DNA from: Candidatus Omnitrophota bacterium
GTDB lineage: Bacteria > Omnitrophota > Gorgyraeia > Gygaellales > Profunditerraquicolaceae
Length of the DNA stretch: 64,000 nucleotides
Assembly: GCA_016208765.1 (NCBI GenBank)
Contig: JACQXK010000065.1
Coordinates: 64,962 to 128,961 of the forward strand
Direction: 5' to 3'
Shown here: positions 1 through 8,942 of the stretch, piece after piece
How the letters are laid out: each line of letters begins with the position of its first letter
How positions within the stretch are numbered: the stretch's first letter is position 1
Translations under genes and position numbers: made by a program
The notes under the pieces: generated by a model
Database searches by the model: none
What the model was told of the DNA's origin: nothing
What the model saw: only the letters and a program-made list of their open reading frames with translations

Positions 1-1
1 T

Positions 2-1078
2 TTTTCATTCTTGGTTGTTACTGTTTTAAGCATCCTTGGTTCTGCCGTTGTTATGCGCAGCGCTTCTGAAAAAAAGATTTCCCAGGGTTATGCCGATTCC
101 GCACAGGCTTTTTGGATTGCTGAAGCAGGGCTTGCGCAGGCATATTATAATTGGTCAAATGGTATTTCTCAACCGCAAGGCGCGGTAAGCTATGGCGGTG
201 GAACTTATAGCATTGATGCTTCCAGTCTTGTCCAGACCAGAGTAACCGGTGTTTTTGGAGCAAGTTCCCGAATATTACAGGGTTCATTTGTATTTATTCC
301 ACGCCCATTTGATAATACGCTTTCTGCCGGAGGAAATTTAAGATTGTCCGGTTTACTTGCGCGCGTTGAGATTTATGATAAAACCAGGATTTCCGGGACA
401 TACTCAAGAAGTTTCGGGGCTTCAGGATGGTTTGAAGACAAACAGGAAAATGTTGATCAAAATCTTACTACCATTAAGATCCCGGATTACAGCGGTAATG
501 GCGTTTCTGACGAATTCTCAGATTTTGTTTTATTTGGAAGAAATGCGGCCCAGAGTTATCCTGAGGATCAGGTTGTATACATTCAGACTGATAATACTGT
601 AAATATTTTTCCTAATCAGGATTTGGTTGGAAAAAAGATCATTTACGTTGAAGGTACGCAAGCAGGTGCCGGAGATGTGAATATATTTTTTGATACTACC
701 TGGCACGCAGGAGAAGATCTGACGGTTATCTCAACCGGAGATATTACTTATGTGGAGCCGTTACAGTTCCAGGCGGATGCGCGCCTGAGCACAATTTCAT
801 GGGTGGACTATAATGAAGCCTCGGTTTTTAGGAGCGAACATGAAAGCATTATTTATACTCACGATGACGCTAATTTTGTGGATATTCTTGATTGGGGTTC
901 AACAACCGGAAGTGTGATCGCTAATGACGAAGTTTCTCTGAACGAGGTGCTTACTTATGAAAAGTACTATTATTCTGACAGGATTGCAAACGGGGATTTG
1001 TCTCCGGGTTTTAAATGGCTGTCTACAACTAATAACGGGACAAGAAAAATGATGGATTGGCAGGAGATCAGGGATTAA
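2..1078 (+). CDS. PilX N-terminal domain pilus assembly/minor pilin-like protein (5' truncated by window edge)
   Basis: Frame is open from position 2 (FSFLVVTVLSILGSAVVMRS..E..QAFWIAEAG), the PilX N-terminal hydrophobic helix plus A..AEAG motif; lies upstream of pilMNOPQ. Confidence 0.75.
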   Translation, partial: FSFLVVTVLSILGSAVVMRSASEKKISQGYADSAQAFWIAEAGLAQAYYNWSNGISQPQGAVSYGGGTYSIDASSLVQTRVTGVFGASSRILQGSFVFIPRPFDNTLSAGGNLRLSGLLARVEIYDKTRISGTYSRSFGASGWFEDKQENVDQNLTTIKIPDYSGNGVSDEFSDFVLFGRNAAQSYPEDQVVYIQTDNTVNIFPNQDLVGKKIIYVEGTQAGAGDVNIFFDTTWHAGEDLTVISTGDITYVEPLQFQADARLSTISWVDYNEASVFRSEHESIIYTHDDANFVDILDWGSTTGSVIANDEVSLNEVLTYEKYYYSDRIANGDLSPGFKWLSTTNNGTRKMMDWQEIRD

Positions 1079-1082
1079 CCTT

Positions 1083-1559
1083 ATGAAAAATAAGATTATT
1101 TTATTTAGCTTTGTCTTTTCAGTTTTGATTGTGATGGTATCAATTTTCATTATGAATAAAATTTATAAAAGCTCTACTTCGTTGTATCCGGAGAAATTGC
1201 CTTATGATAAAACTCCGGAGCAAGGCCTTCGCCGCCAATTGGTCCCTTCGCGGCCGGAGGATTATGGAATGGTGGAGTCCGGGAAGGATATGGCGCAGGA
1301 AGAATGGGATAGCCTAATATCCAAAAAGATCAAGAAGATTAAGCCGCAGATCAATGCTGTTGATTTGGATAAAATTAACGAGAAGATAAAAGAGTCCCCC
1401 CAGGTTACTAAAGACAAGATCAGGCAAATTGATGAAAGTATTGAAAAATGCAAATTAATTTTGAAAAATGACCCCGGGAACAAAGATGTCCGTGGTAAAT
1501 TAACAAGGTTAATGATGTTAAGAAGCATCGCAGAGAACCTGCCTGAGGCTGGAAAATGA
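1083..1559 (+). CDS. Hypothetical protein with N-terminal membrane anchor and helical C-terminus
   Basis: 158 aa ORF; single hydrophobic N-terminal segment; ATGA overlap with pilM. Confidence 0.7.
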   Translation: MKNKIILFSFVFSVLIVMVSIFIMNKIYKSSTSLYPEKLPYDKTPEQGLRRQLVPSRPEDYGMVESGKDMAQEEWDSLISKKIKKIKPQINAVDLDKINEKIKESPQVTKDKIRQIDESIEKCKLILKNDPGNKDVRGKLTRLMMLRSIAENLPEAGK

Positions 1560-2581
1560 TCGGTATCATCTCAAAATATACGAAAAGGTTTTCTCGGGAT
1601 CATTTTGTTGCCGGGCTTGATGTCGGAAGCGCCTCGGTAAAGGTTGTTAAATTAAAAGTTACCGGGCAGGGATCGGAGCTTTGCGGTTTTTTCATTGATA
1701 AATTTGAATCCAGCGCAGTTGATGCAATCAACAAGATTAAAGAGCGTTTAGGGCAGGTTGATAGGATAAATTTTTCTGTTGAAGGGCCTTCAACTATAAT
1801 CAGGTATGTTAATTTTCCGCTGATGAGCGCGGAAGAATTAAAGAAGGCATTGAAATTTGAGGCGCAAAAACACATTCCTTTTTCTTTGCAGGAAATTAAT
1901 TTGGACGGCTGCATTCTAAGCCAGGACCTGCCCGACAATAAAATGCTTGTGTTGCTTGCTGCCGCAAAAAAGGAACTTATTGAGCAGCGCCTGAAGTTCA
2001 TAAATGACGCTGGCCTTAAGCCGGGAGCTATTGATTTGGATTCTTTAGCGTTAGTTAATGCGTTTTGTTACAATTATCCGGTCAATGATGATGCCCAGCG
2101 TAAGACAACCGTGCTTCTTAACATAGGTTCTTCGTTTTCTAATCTCAATATTCTTGAGGGTGATTTGCCGCGATTTAGCAGGGACATCCACATTGCCAGC
2201 AATAACTTCAATCATCGCATCATGGAGATGTTCGGCGTAGATTTTAAGTCTGCTGAAAGCCTAAAAGTGGATATGCCGCAGGAAAAATCAGAACAGATCG
2301 TAGCAGCGTTTGATTCCGTGATGGCGAATCTGGCCACTGAGCTAAGGATATCATTTGATTATTATGAAAGCCAGACAAGTTCGGCGGTAGGCAGGATTTT
2401 TATCAGCGGAGGGGGAAGCATTTTCCCCGGCTTAAAAGAGTCTTTGGCAAATCTTCTTGGTATTGAGGTTGAATATTGGGATCCTTTTAACAAGATCGGC
2501 ATTGCCGCAAGTGTTGATGTGGAAAATTTAAAGAAGCATAAAAGCGAGTTAGCTGTTGCCGCAGGATTAGCGCTGCGTTAA
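1556..2581 (+). CDS. pilM: Type IV pilus assembly protein PilM
   Basis: Actin-like motifs GLDVGSASVK, LLNIGSS, ISGGGS; FEAQKHIPF; C-terminal LAVAAGLALR. Confidence 0.92.
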   Translation: MIGIISKYTKRFSRDHFVAGLDVGSASVKVVKLKVTGQGSELCGFFIDKFESSAVDAINKIKERLGQVDRINFSVEGPSTIIRYVNFPLMSAEELKKALKFEAQKHIPFSLQEINLDGCILSQDLPDNKMLVLLAAAKKELIEQRLKFINDAGLKPGAIDLDSLALVNAFCYNYPVNDDAQRKTTVLLNIGSSFSNLNILEGDLPRFSRDIHIASNNFNHRIMEMFGVDFKSAESLKVDMPQEKSEQIVAAFDSVMANLATELRISFDYYESQTSSAVGRIFISGGGSIFPGLKESLANLLGIEVEYWDPFNKIGIAASVDVENLKKHKSELAVAAGLALR

Positions 2582-2585
2582 AAAA

Positions 2586-3161
2586 ATGATTGAGATAAAT
2601 TTATTACCGGAAGGCTTAAAAGTTAAAAAGGCCGGCCTTAAATCTGTATTTAGAAAAGAACACGCTGTATACATTGTTTTCTTGATTATCGGTTTATTGT
2701 TGTTGACGCACGTTTATCTGGCTTTTTTAGGCATAGCCAAGAGCATCCAATTAAGTGTACTTACCGGGAAATGGCAGAGCCTTGAGCCGCAAAGAAAAGA
2801 GTTTGAGAAATTTAACGAGCAGTTTGTTTTAAGCTCGCAGTCAAATGTTGTTATCGGGCAGCTTGTTCAGAAGCGCCTTTCCTGGGCAGCCAAATTAAAC
2901 AAACTTAGCCTTGATTTGCCAAAGGGCGTCTGGTTCAATGAAATTGTTCTTTCTCCTAAAGAATTGATCATTAACGGTTCGGTAATTTCCCTTGAGAAAG
3001 AAGAGATGAATTTAGTTAATAAATTTATTGAGAATTTAAAGAATGATCCGGGTTTTATCAATGATTTTACCGGCGTTGAGTTAGGCAATGTCGTAAGAAA
3101 ATCACTCGGAGGGTATGATATTTTTGATTTTACCATTACCGCAGGCCTTAAGGAAAAATGA
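2586..3161 (+). CDS. pilN: Type IV pilus assembly protein PilN
   Basis: N-terminal INLLP motif, one TM segment, LPKGVWF; follows pilM. Confidence 0.88.
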   Translation: MIEINLLPEGLKVKKAGLKSVFRKEHAVYIVFLIIGLLLLTHVYLAFLGIAKSIQLSVLTGKWQSLEPQRKEFEKFNEQFVLSSQSNVVIGQLVQKRLSWAAKLNKLSLDLPKGVWFNEIVLSPKELIINGSVISLEKEEMNLVNKFIENLKNDPGFINDFTGVELGNVVRKSLGGYDIFDFTITAGLKEK

Positions 3162-3754
3162 AGGATCTATTGCAAAAAATTATAAATTTTAAGATTCCGC
3201 AGGATTTTGAGTTTGATAATAAGAAAAAGATCTTAGCGGTGATTATTTGTGTTGTTGTGTTATATCTTGATTTTGGCGTGGTTATGAAGGCGCAATTAAC
3301 CGGTTTAAGGAAAATCGGGCCTAAAATAACCAAATTAAAGTCAGAATTGGATCTTTTGAATAAGAATTTATTGAGGATGCAAGACATAAAAGCTTCTGAT
3401 CCTGAAGCTATTAAAAAAAGAGCCCAAAAAGCGATGCGCATGATCCCGGAAGGCCAGATTTCGCTCTTATTGCAAACTCTTTCTGAAAACGCCAACAAGA
3501 ATTTTCTTACTATTACTCATATTAAGCCGGCAAAAGAACCTCCTGTAAAAGGCGTGGTTGTCCCGCAGAACCTAACCTCATATTTAATCAATATTGATTT
3601 AAACGGTGATTATCACCATTTAGGGAAGTTTATCAACGCGTTGGAAAATGGAGATGTCTTTTTGATGGTGCAGAATTTACGAATTCAGCCTGATAGGAAA
3701 GATTTTCTCAAGCAAAAAATTAATCTGGTATTAAAGACTTATGTTACGAAATAA
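3158..3754 (+). CDS. pilO: Type IV pilus assembly protein PilO
   Basis: TM segment, coiled coil, GDYHHLGKFINALE motif; position after pilN. Confidence 0.85.
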   Translation: MKDLLQKIINFKIPQDFEFDNKKKILAVIICVVVLYLDFGVVMKAQLTGLRKIGPKITKLKSELDLLNKNLLRMQDIKASDPEAIKKRAQKAMRMIPEGQISLLLQTLSENANKNFLTITHIKPAKEPPVKGVVVPQNLTSYLINIDLNGDYHHLGKFINALENGDVFLMVQNLRIQPDRKDFLKQKINLVLKTYVTK

Positions 3755-4139
3755 AATTTCATTTTACTTTTGTTTAAAAAGTTCTGTTATTTTTGTGATT
3801 ATATTCTTGCCGTTATTTTTGTTTGCGCAGCAGTTTGTTTATGATGCAAAAGAAAAACGAAATCCGTTTATACCTTTGGTTACTCCCGAGGGCAGGCTGC
3901 TGCAGTTGGATAAGGAAGAGAAGAAAGCGGATTTAGCGGTTGAAGGGATTATTTATGATAAAAACGGCCGTTCATTTGCTTTAGCCGGCGGAGCGGTGCT
4001 TGCCGTAGGGGATACTTTTGGGGATTATCAGGTTTTAAAAATTCTTGAAGATAAGGTTATTTTTATTAAAGAGGGGCAACCTTATGAAGTTTATATAAAT
4101 AAGGAGGAAACAAAAATTGAAGAAAACAAAAAGCCTTAA
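3741..4139 (+). CDS. PilP-like pilus assembly protein
   Basis: Signal-like N-terminus, KRNPFIP motif, EGIIY beta domain; between pilO and the secretin. Confidence 0.7.
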   Translation: MLRNKISFYFCLKSSVIFVIIFLPLFLFAQQFVYDAKEKRNPFIPLVTPEGRLLQLDKEEKKADLAVEGIIYDKNGRSFALAGGAVLAVGDTFGDYQVLKILEDKVIFIKEGQPYEVYINKEETKIEENKKP

Positions 4140-5796
4140 AGCATGTCTAATTTTGGTGTTTTATCTTGTTCAGGCATTCGGTATTTCAGATTTAGCTTTT
4201 ACACAGACCCAGCAGGATGCCCAGGCATTAAGCGCTCCTGAAAACGTAACCCTGGATTTTAAGGATGCGGATATCCAGAATGTTTTGAAAATTATTTCCT
4301 ATAAGTCGGGAATTAATATTGTTTCTACTCCTGACGTTATCGGAAATGTCACCATCAGGCTTATGGATGTGCCGTGGGAGACAGCGCTGGATGTTATCTT
4401 AAAGACCTATGGGTTTGGTTATCAAAGGCAGGAAAATGTTATTTTGGTTACAAAAATGGAGAATATTTCAAAGTTGCAATCAGAGGAAACTTTGCGCACT
4501 GAGATTGTTACGCTTAAGTTCCTGGACGCACAGGATGCGCAGAAGATATTGATTCCACTACTTTCACCACGAGGTAAAATTTCTGTTTTGTACGCTCGCG
4601 GCCAAAAAGGCTGGCAGTTTGGAACGTTTCAAATCGGCAAGGAAAAAGTAGGGGGTGAAGGGCAGCGCAAGGAATCAGGGGTAAAGACAGAGACTATTTC
4701 TATTGAAAAGAATGCTGCTGGTGGGTTTGTCTCCCAGAAAGCTGAGTTTGAACCGGATGTTAAATCAAAGGTTTTGGTTATTACTGATACTCCTGTGTAT
4801 TTAGATAGAATCAAAAATATTATCTTGCCTCAAGTTGATAAAAGGCCAAAGCAGGTGTTAATTGAGGCAAGGATTATGGAGGTAAGTAAGGATAAATTGA
4901 AAGATTTGGGTTTTGACTGGGGGTCAGGTACTTCAGGAGCTTCAGGTTATACAACTGCGCCAAGTGATATGGGGTTAAATGGAAAAAATAGTATGACTTT
5001 GGCCGGCCGTAATTTAGCATCAGAATTTACGCCGGGTAAATTTTCTCCGCTTGAGGGCACAACAGCGTTTCCAGGAACCTATCCTTATAAGGCAGGCCTT
5101 GAAATTTTATTTAAAAAGTTAACCGGAACCCAGTTTGAAGTTATTTTGCATGCGCTTGAAGAAGATGCGCGCACAAACACTTTGTCTGCTCCGCGGGTTT
5201 TAACCTTAGATAATCAAGAAGCTTCTATATTGGTGGGTTATCATACGCCTATTCTTAGTTCGCAAGTTACCGCCGGAACAACTACCGAAGGGCCTTCCCA
5301 GACCCAAACTCTTGATTATTATCAGGAGATCGGCATCAGGCTTAATGTTGTTCCGCAGATTAATGAAGACGGTTACATTAATATGATTATCCATCCAAGC
5401 ATTACTTCGTCTTCTTCGTCTATTACTGCGACTAACGTTGCTGGAACAGGCGCAACCGCGATTAAAACTACCATTGACTATCCGATTATTGATGTTCGCG
5501 AGGCCCAAACTCAGCTATTGATGAAAGATACCGACACAATTGTGCTGGGCGGATTGCTAAAGGATGTGAAGAGTACTGAAACAATCGGAATCCCTTTTTT
5601 AAGTAAAATCCCTTTTTTAGGTAAATTCTTTGATAGAGAAATTGTGGATAACGGTAAGGTTGACCTTTTGATATTTATTACCGCCCGCATATTAAAAGAT
5701 GAAGGGTTAAGTGATGCAGAAATTGCTTCTTTGAAGGATAATCTTGGTAAAGATCCGGAACCAGATGCAAAGAAAGAAGTAGCAAAGAATAAATAA
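4117..5796 (+). CDS. pilQ: Type IV pilus secretin PilQ (compact, no AMIN domains evident)
   Basis: LDFKDADI N0 domain, QVLIEARIME, LSAPRVLTLDNQEASI, IPFLSKIPFLGKFF, LLIFITARI; TTG start preceded by AAGGAGG. Confidence 0.88.
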   Translation: MKKTKSLKACLILVFYLVQAFGISDLAFTQTQQDAQALSAPENVTLDFKDADIQNVLKIISYKSGINIVSTPDVIGNVTIRLMDVPWETALDVILKTYGFGYQRQENVILVTKMENISKLQSEETLRTEIVTLKFLDAQDAQKILIPLLSPRGKISVLYARGQKGWQFGTFQIGKEKVGGEGQRKESGVKTETISIEKNAAGGFVSQKAEFEPDVKSKVLVITDTPVYLDRIKNIILPQVDKRPKQVLIEARIMEVSKDKLKDLGFDWGSGTSGASGYTTAPSDMGLNGKNSMTLAGRNLASEFTPGKFSPLEGTTAFPGTYPYKAGLEILFKKLTGTQFEVILHALEEDARTNTLSAPRVLTLDNQEASILVGYHTPILSSQVTAGTTTEGPSQTQTLDYYQEIGIRLNVVPQINEDGYINMIIHPSITSSSSSITATNVAGTGATAIKTTIDYPIIDVREAQTQLLMKDTDTIVLGGLLKDVKSTETIGIPFLSKIPFLGKFFDREIVDNGKVDLLIFITARILKDEGLSDAEIASLKDNLGKDPEPDAKKEVAKNK

Positions 5797-5798
5797 TC

Positions 5799-6104
5799 AT
5801 GCTTAAGATAAGTTTTATTTTCACGAAGAAAGGTAAGATGAAGTTTATTTCTCATCTTGACCTGATGCGTTTATTAACTCGTGCTATGCGTCGGGCGGAT
5901 TTACCGCTTAAAATGACTGAAGGGTTTAGCCCGCACCCTAAGTTAAGCTTGGCTCGCGCATTAAAATTAGGCCTTGAGAGCGAAAACGAAGAGGCAAGTA
6001 TTGTGTTAAATGGTTTTATAACTTTGGAAGATTTTAAAGAAAAATTACAAAGGCAATTGCCAGAAGGGATTGAAATTAAAGATGTCAAAAGAAATTTTAA
6101 TTAA
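5799..6104 (+). CDS. TIGR03936 radical SAM-linked protein (short form)
   Basis: FTKKGKMKFISHLDLMRLLTRAMRRADLP..TEGFSPHPKLS..ALKLGLES motif; typical position upstream of rng. Confidence 0.85.
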   Translation: MLKISFIFTKKGKMKFISHLDLMRLLTRAMRRADLPLKMTEGFSPHPKLSLARALKLGLESENEEASIVLNGFITLEDFKEKLQRQLPEGIEIKDVKRNFN

Positions 6105-7527
6105 TATTGAACCGCAGGAGAAAAGAGTAGCCATAGTCAACGATGGAAGGCTTGATGAGTTTCATATTGAGCGGCCGCAGGACAGGACCATTGTGGGAAA
6201 TATCTATAAAGGCAGGATTGATGCAGTATTGCCTTCAATTGGGGCTGCATTTGTAGATATTGGATTACCCAAAAAGGGTTTTCTTTATTTATCGGAAATT
6301 GAATCTGTTTTTGAACAGGCTGATACTGCACAACCAGGTAAAGGAAAGAAAGAAGTTAAAAAGGGACAGGAAGTTTTGGTGCAGGTAGTAAAAGAATCCT
6401 TTGGAACCAAAGGGCCAAGGCTTTCTACTGAAATCGGCATTGCAGGAAGATGCCTTGTTTTGATGCCGGAGGAAAAACAAGTCGGAGTGTCGCGCAGGAT
6501 TGAAGATGATGTTGAAAGGCGCAGGCTCAGGCAGATTTTGCATGAGGCAAAACTTCCTAAAGAGGTGGGTTTTATTGTGCGCACTGCTGCTGCCGGAAAA
6601 ACCAAGCAGGAGCTTGAGCGTGACGCGCAGTTTTTGTTTAAGTTATGGAAAAGGCTTGAGAAGGTTATTCAGCAAAAGAAGGCGCCTTCTTTAATTTATG
6701 AAGAATATGATTTGACTTTTCGGGCCATTCGTGATTCATTTACCGACGATGTTTCAAAATTGATCGTGGATTCAAAACCTGAATTTTACCGTATTCAGAG
6801 TTTTATGAAAACGTTTCTTAATTATTTAAGGAACAAAGTTGATTTTTATAAGGGAGACGATTTATTTGCTGAAAAAGACATTGAAAAGCAGATTAACCGG
6901 ATTTATGAAAGCACGGTTTACTTAAAGTCAAAAGCCTACCTTGTGATTGAACAGACCGAGGGATTGGTGGTAATTGATGTTAATAGCGGAGGATTTAAGA
7001 AAAAGCTCGGACAGGAAGAGACTGCTTTTAAGGTTAATTGCGAAGCTGCTGTTGAGGCGGCGCGCCAGCTGATCTTGCGTGACTTAGGAGGCATTATAGT
7101 TATTGATTTTATTGATATGGAAAGAGAAGGCCACCGCAGGGAAGTGTTGAATGTGTTAAAAAAGGCTTTAAGCACTGACCGTGCAAAATATGATATTTTG
7201 GGAATTTCCAAGTTTGGGGTCGTGGAAATGACCCGTGAGAGAATTCATAAGACCGTGCAGATGCTTTCTTACCAGCCTTGTCCTTATTGCCAGGGAAGAG
7301 GCAAGGTGAAATCTCCGGTTACAACAGCGATTTATGCTTTAAAAGAGTTAAAAAGATTTTTAAGGGGTAAATCGTTAAAACAGGTCAATCTTACGGTTGC
7401 CCCTGGTGTGGTTGAAGAGATATTGAAGAATAAAGAAAATCTCCGGCAGCTTGAACATCGGTTTAAGGTAGAAATTAATCTTATTTCCAGCCCTGCTAAC
7501 CATATAGAAGAGGTAAAAGTCTCCTAA
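6082..7527 (+). CDS. rng: Ribonuclease G/E family endoribonuclease
   Basis: GNIYKG S1 domain, IDVNSG, LRDLGGIIVIDFIDM, CPYC zinc link; ATG at 6082 preferred over TTG at 6070. Confidence 0.92.
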   Translation: MSKEILINIEPQEKRVAIVNDGRLDEFHIERPQDRTIVGNIYKGRIDAVLPSIGAAFVDIGLPKKGFLYLSEIESVFEQADTAQPGKGKKEVKKGQEVLVQVVKESFGTKGPRLSTEIGIAGRCLVLMPEEKQVGVSRRIEDDVERRRLRQILHEAKLPKEVGFIVRTAAAGKTKQELERDAQFLFKLWKRLEKVIQQKKAPSLIYEEYDLTFRAIRDSFTDDVSKLIVDSKPEFYRIQSFMKTFLNYLRNKVDFYKGDDLFAEKDIEKQINRIYESTVYLKSKAYLVIEQTEGLVVIDVNSGGFKKKLGQEETAFKVNCEAAVEAARQLILRDLGGIIVIDFIDMEREGHRREVLNVLKKALSTDRAKYDILGISKFGVVEMTRERIHKTVQMLSYQPCPYCQGRGKVKSPVTTAIYALKELKRFLRGKSLKQVNLTVAPGVVEEILKNKENLRQLEHRFKVEINLISSPANHIEEVKVS

Positions 7528-7553
7528 ATTTTAGTGGATTTTAGGGGATTTTT
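7520..7553 (+). terminator. Probable intrinsic terminator after rng
   Basis: Stem TCTCCTAAA (7520-7528) / TTTAGGGGA (7540-7548) with one G-U pair, followed by TTTTT. Confidence 0.45.
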
Positions 7554-7557
7554 ACGC

Positions 7558-7586
7558 TTGACCGATTAAACTAATCAATATATAAT
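7558..7586 (+). promoter_or_regulatory. Sigma70-type promoter for the rplU-obgE operon
   Basis: TTGACC (7558-7563), 17 bp spacer, TATAAT (7581-7586); AAGGAGG RBS at 7621. Confidence 0.8.
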
Positions 7587-7634
7587 ATTTCTTTACTTAA
7601 AACCGCCATTTAAGGCAATCAAGGAGGAAGTCAA

Positions 7635-7949
7635 ATGTATGCAGTTGTTGAAGTTGGAACTAAGCAGTATTTGGTAAATAAGGGTGATGTTGTTGAAGTG
7701 GAAAGGCAGATTATTGCGGCTGGTGAAGAAATGCTTTTAGATAAAGTGCTTCTGGCTGTTAGTGACGACAAGGTTGAGGTTGGGCAGCCGTATCTTAAAG
7801 GAGCAGTGGTTAAAGCTGAGGTTGTAGATGAAATTAAAGCTAAAAAGGTGATTTCTTTCAAATACCGCCGTCGTAAATCTTCACATTGGAAAAAAGGGCA
7901 CCGTCAAAAGCTGACCAGGATCAAGATAAAAGAAATTAAGCTTAGTTAA
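7635..7949 (+). CDS. rplU: 50S ribosomal protein bL21
   Basis: MYAVVEVGTKQYLV..GD, GQPYL, KKGHRQ motifs. Confidence 0.97.
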   Translation: MYAVVEVGTKQYLVNKGDVVEVERQIIAAGEEMLLDKVLLAVSDDKVEVGQPYLKGAVVKAEVVDEIKAKKVISFKYRRRKSSHWKKGHRQKLTRIKIKEIKLS

Positions 7950-7985
7950 TTGGTAAGTGGTTAATTAACCAATTGACTAATTAAC
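7942..7985. repeat. Nested AT-rich inverted repeat between rplU and obgE
   Basis: TTAGTTAATTGGT (7942-7954) pairs with ACCAATTGACTAA (7968-7980) with one G-U; internal perfect palindrome TGGTTAATTAACCA (7958-7971). Confidence 0.75.
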
Positions 7986-7988
7986 GAA

Positions 7989-8942
7989 ATGTTCATTGAT
8001 CACGCTAAAATATATGTTAAAAGCGGGGATGGCGGTAGAGGTTGTCAGTGTTTTTACCGTGATAAATACACCCGTAAAGGAATTCCTGATGGTGGCGATG
8101 GCGGCAGGGGAGCTGACATTGTCGTCAGGGCGGACAGGAATTTATATACGCTTTTAGATTTTCAGTTTAACCGGCATTTTCGCGGAAAACACGGCGAGCA
8201 TGGTTCTGGAAAGAACAAAAGAGGCAAAGACGCAGAAACTGTTGTGATCAGGGTCCCTGTTGGCACAGTGATTATAGATGTTAAGAATTCCTGTGTGCTG
8301 CGGGATTTGTCCGAGGATGAGCAAGAGGTCATTGTCGCTTTTGGCGGCAAGGGCGGTTTAGGTAATCAGCACAAGAGAGATGCGGTCCCGGGAGATCCGG
8401 GCGAAGAAAAAGAGATCTTTCTTGACTTAAAGATGATTGCCGAAGTTGGGGTAGTGGGTTTTCCTAATGTCGGTAAATCTACTTTAATTTCTGTTATTTC
8501 CAATGCCCATCCAAAGATTGCCGCGTATCCGTTTACAACCAAGGCTCCGGTTTTAGGTTTGGTGCGCACAGATACAAAGAAATTTGTGATCGCGGATATT
8601 CCGGGCCTAATTGAAGGTTCCTCGTCAGGAAAAGGGCTTGGAGACCAGTTTTTAAGGCACGTTGAACGCACAAAGATATTAGTGCATTTAATTGACATGT
8701 CCGGTTTTGAAGGCAGAAATCCGATAGAGGACTATAAGGTTATAAATCAGGAATTAAAAAGTTACAGTAAAGAAGTTTTTAAAAAGTCGCAGATCCTTGT
8801 TGCCAATAAGATGGACTTAGAAGGAGCGCGGGAAAATCTTGCAAAATTTAAGAAGCAGATAAAGAAGAAAATTTATCCGATTTCAGCTTTAAATAAAGAT
8901 GGCCTGGAGGAATTAATTGAAGCAATTGCCAAAAGTTTATAA
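7989..8942 (+). CDS. obgE: GTPase ObgE/CgtA
   Basis: MFID start, Gly-rich Obg domain, G1 GFPNVGKST, G2 YPFTT, G3 DIPG, G4 NKMD; no C-terminal extension. Confidence 0.96.
   Translation: MFIDHAKIYVKSGDGGRGCQCFYRDKYTRKGIPDGGDGGRGADIVVRADRNLYTLLDFQFNRHFRGKHGEHGSGKNKRGKDAETVVIRVPVGTVIIDVKNSCVLRDLSEDEQEVIVAFGGKGGLGNQHKRDAVPGDPGEEKEIFLDLKMIAEVGVVGFPNVGKSTLISVISNAHPKIAAYPFTTKAPVLGLVRTDTKKFVIADIPGLIEGSSSGKGLGDQFLRHVERTKILVHLIDMSGFEGRNPIEDYKVINQELKSYSKEVFKKSQILVANKMDLEGARENLAKFKKQIKKKIYPISALNKDGLEELIEAIAKSL

Noticed and set aside
7590-7634. L21 leader RNA
   Set aside because: The leader is short with only a weak GCC/GGC hairpin; not supportable without a covariance search
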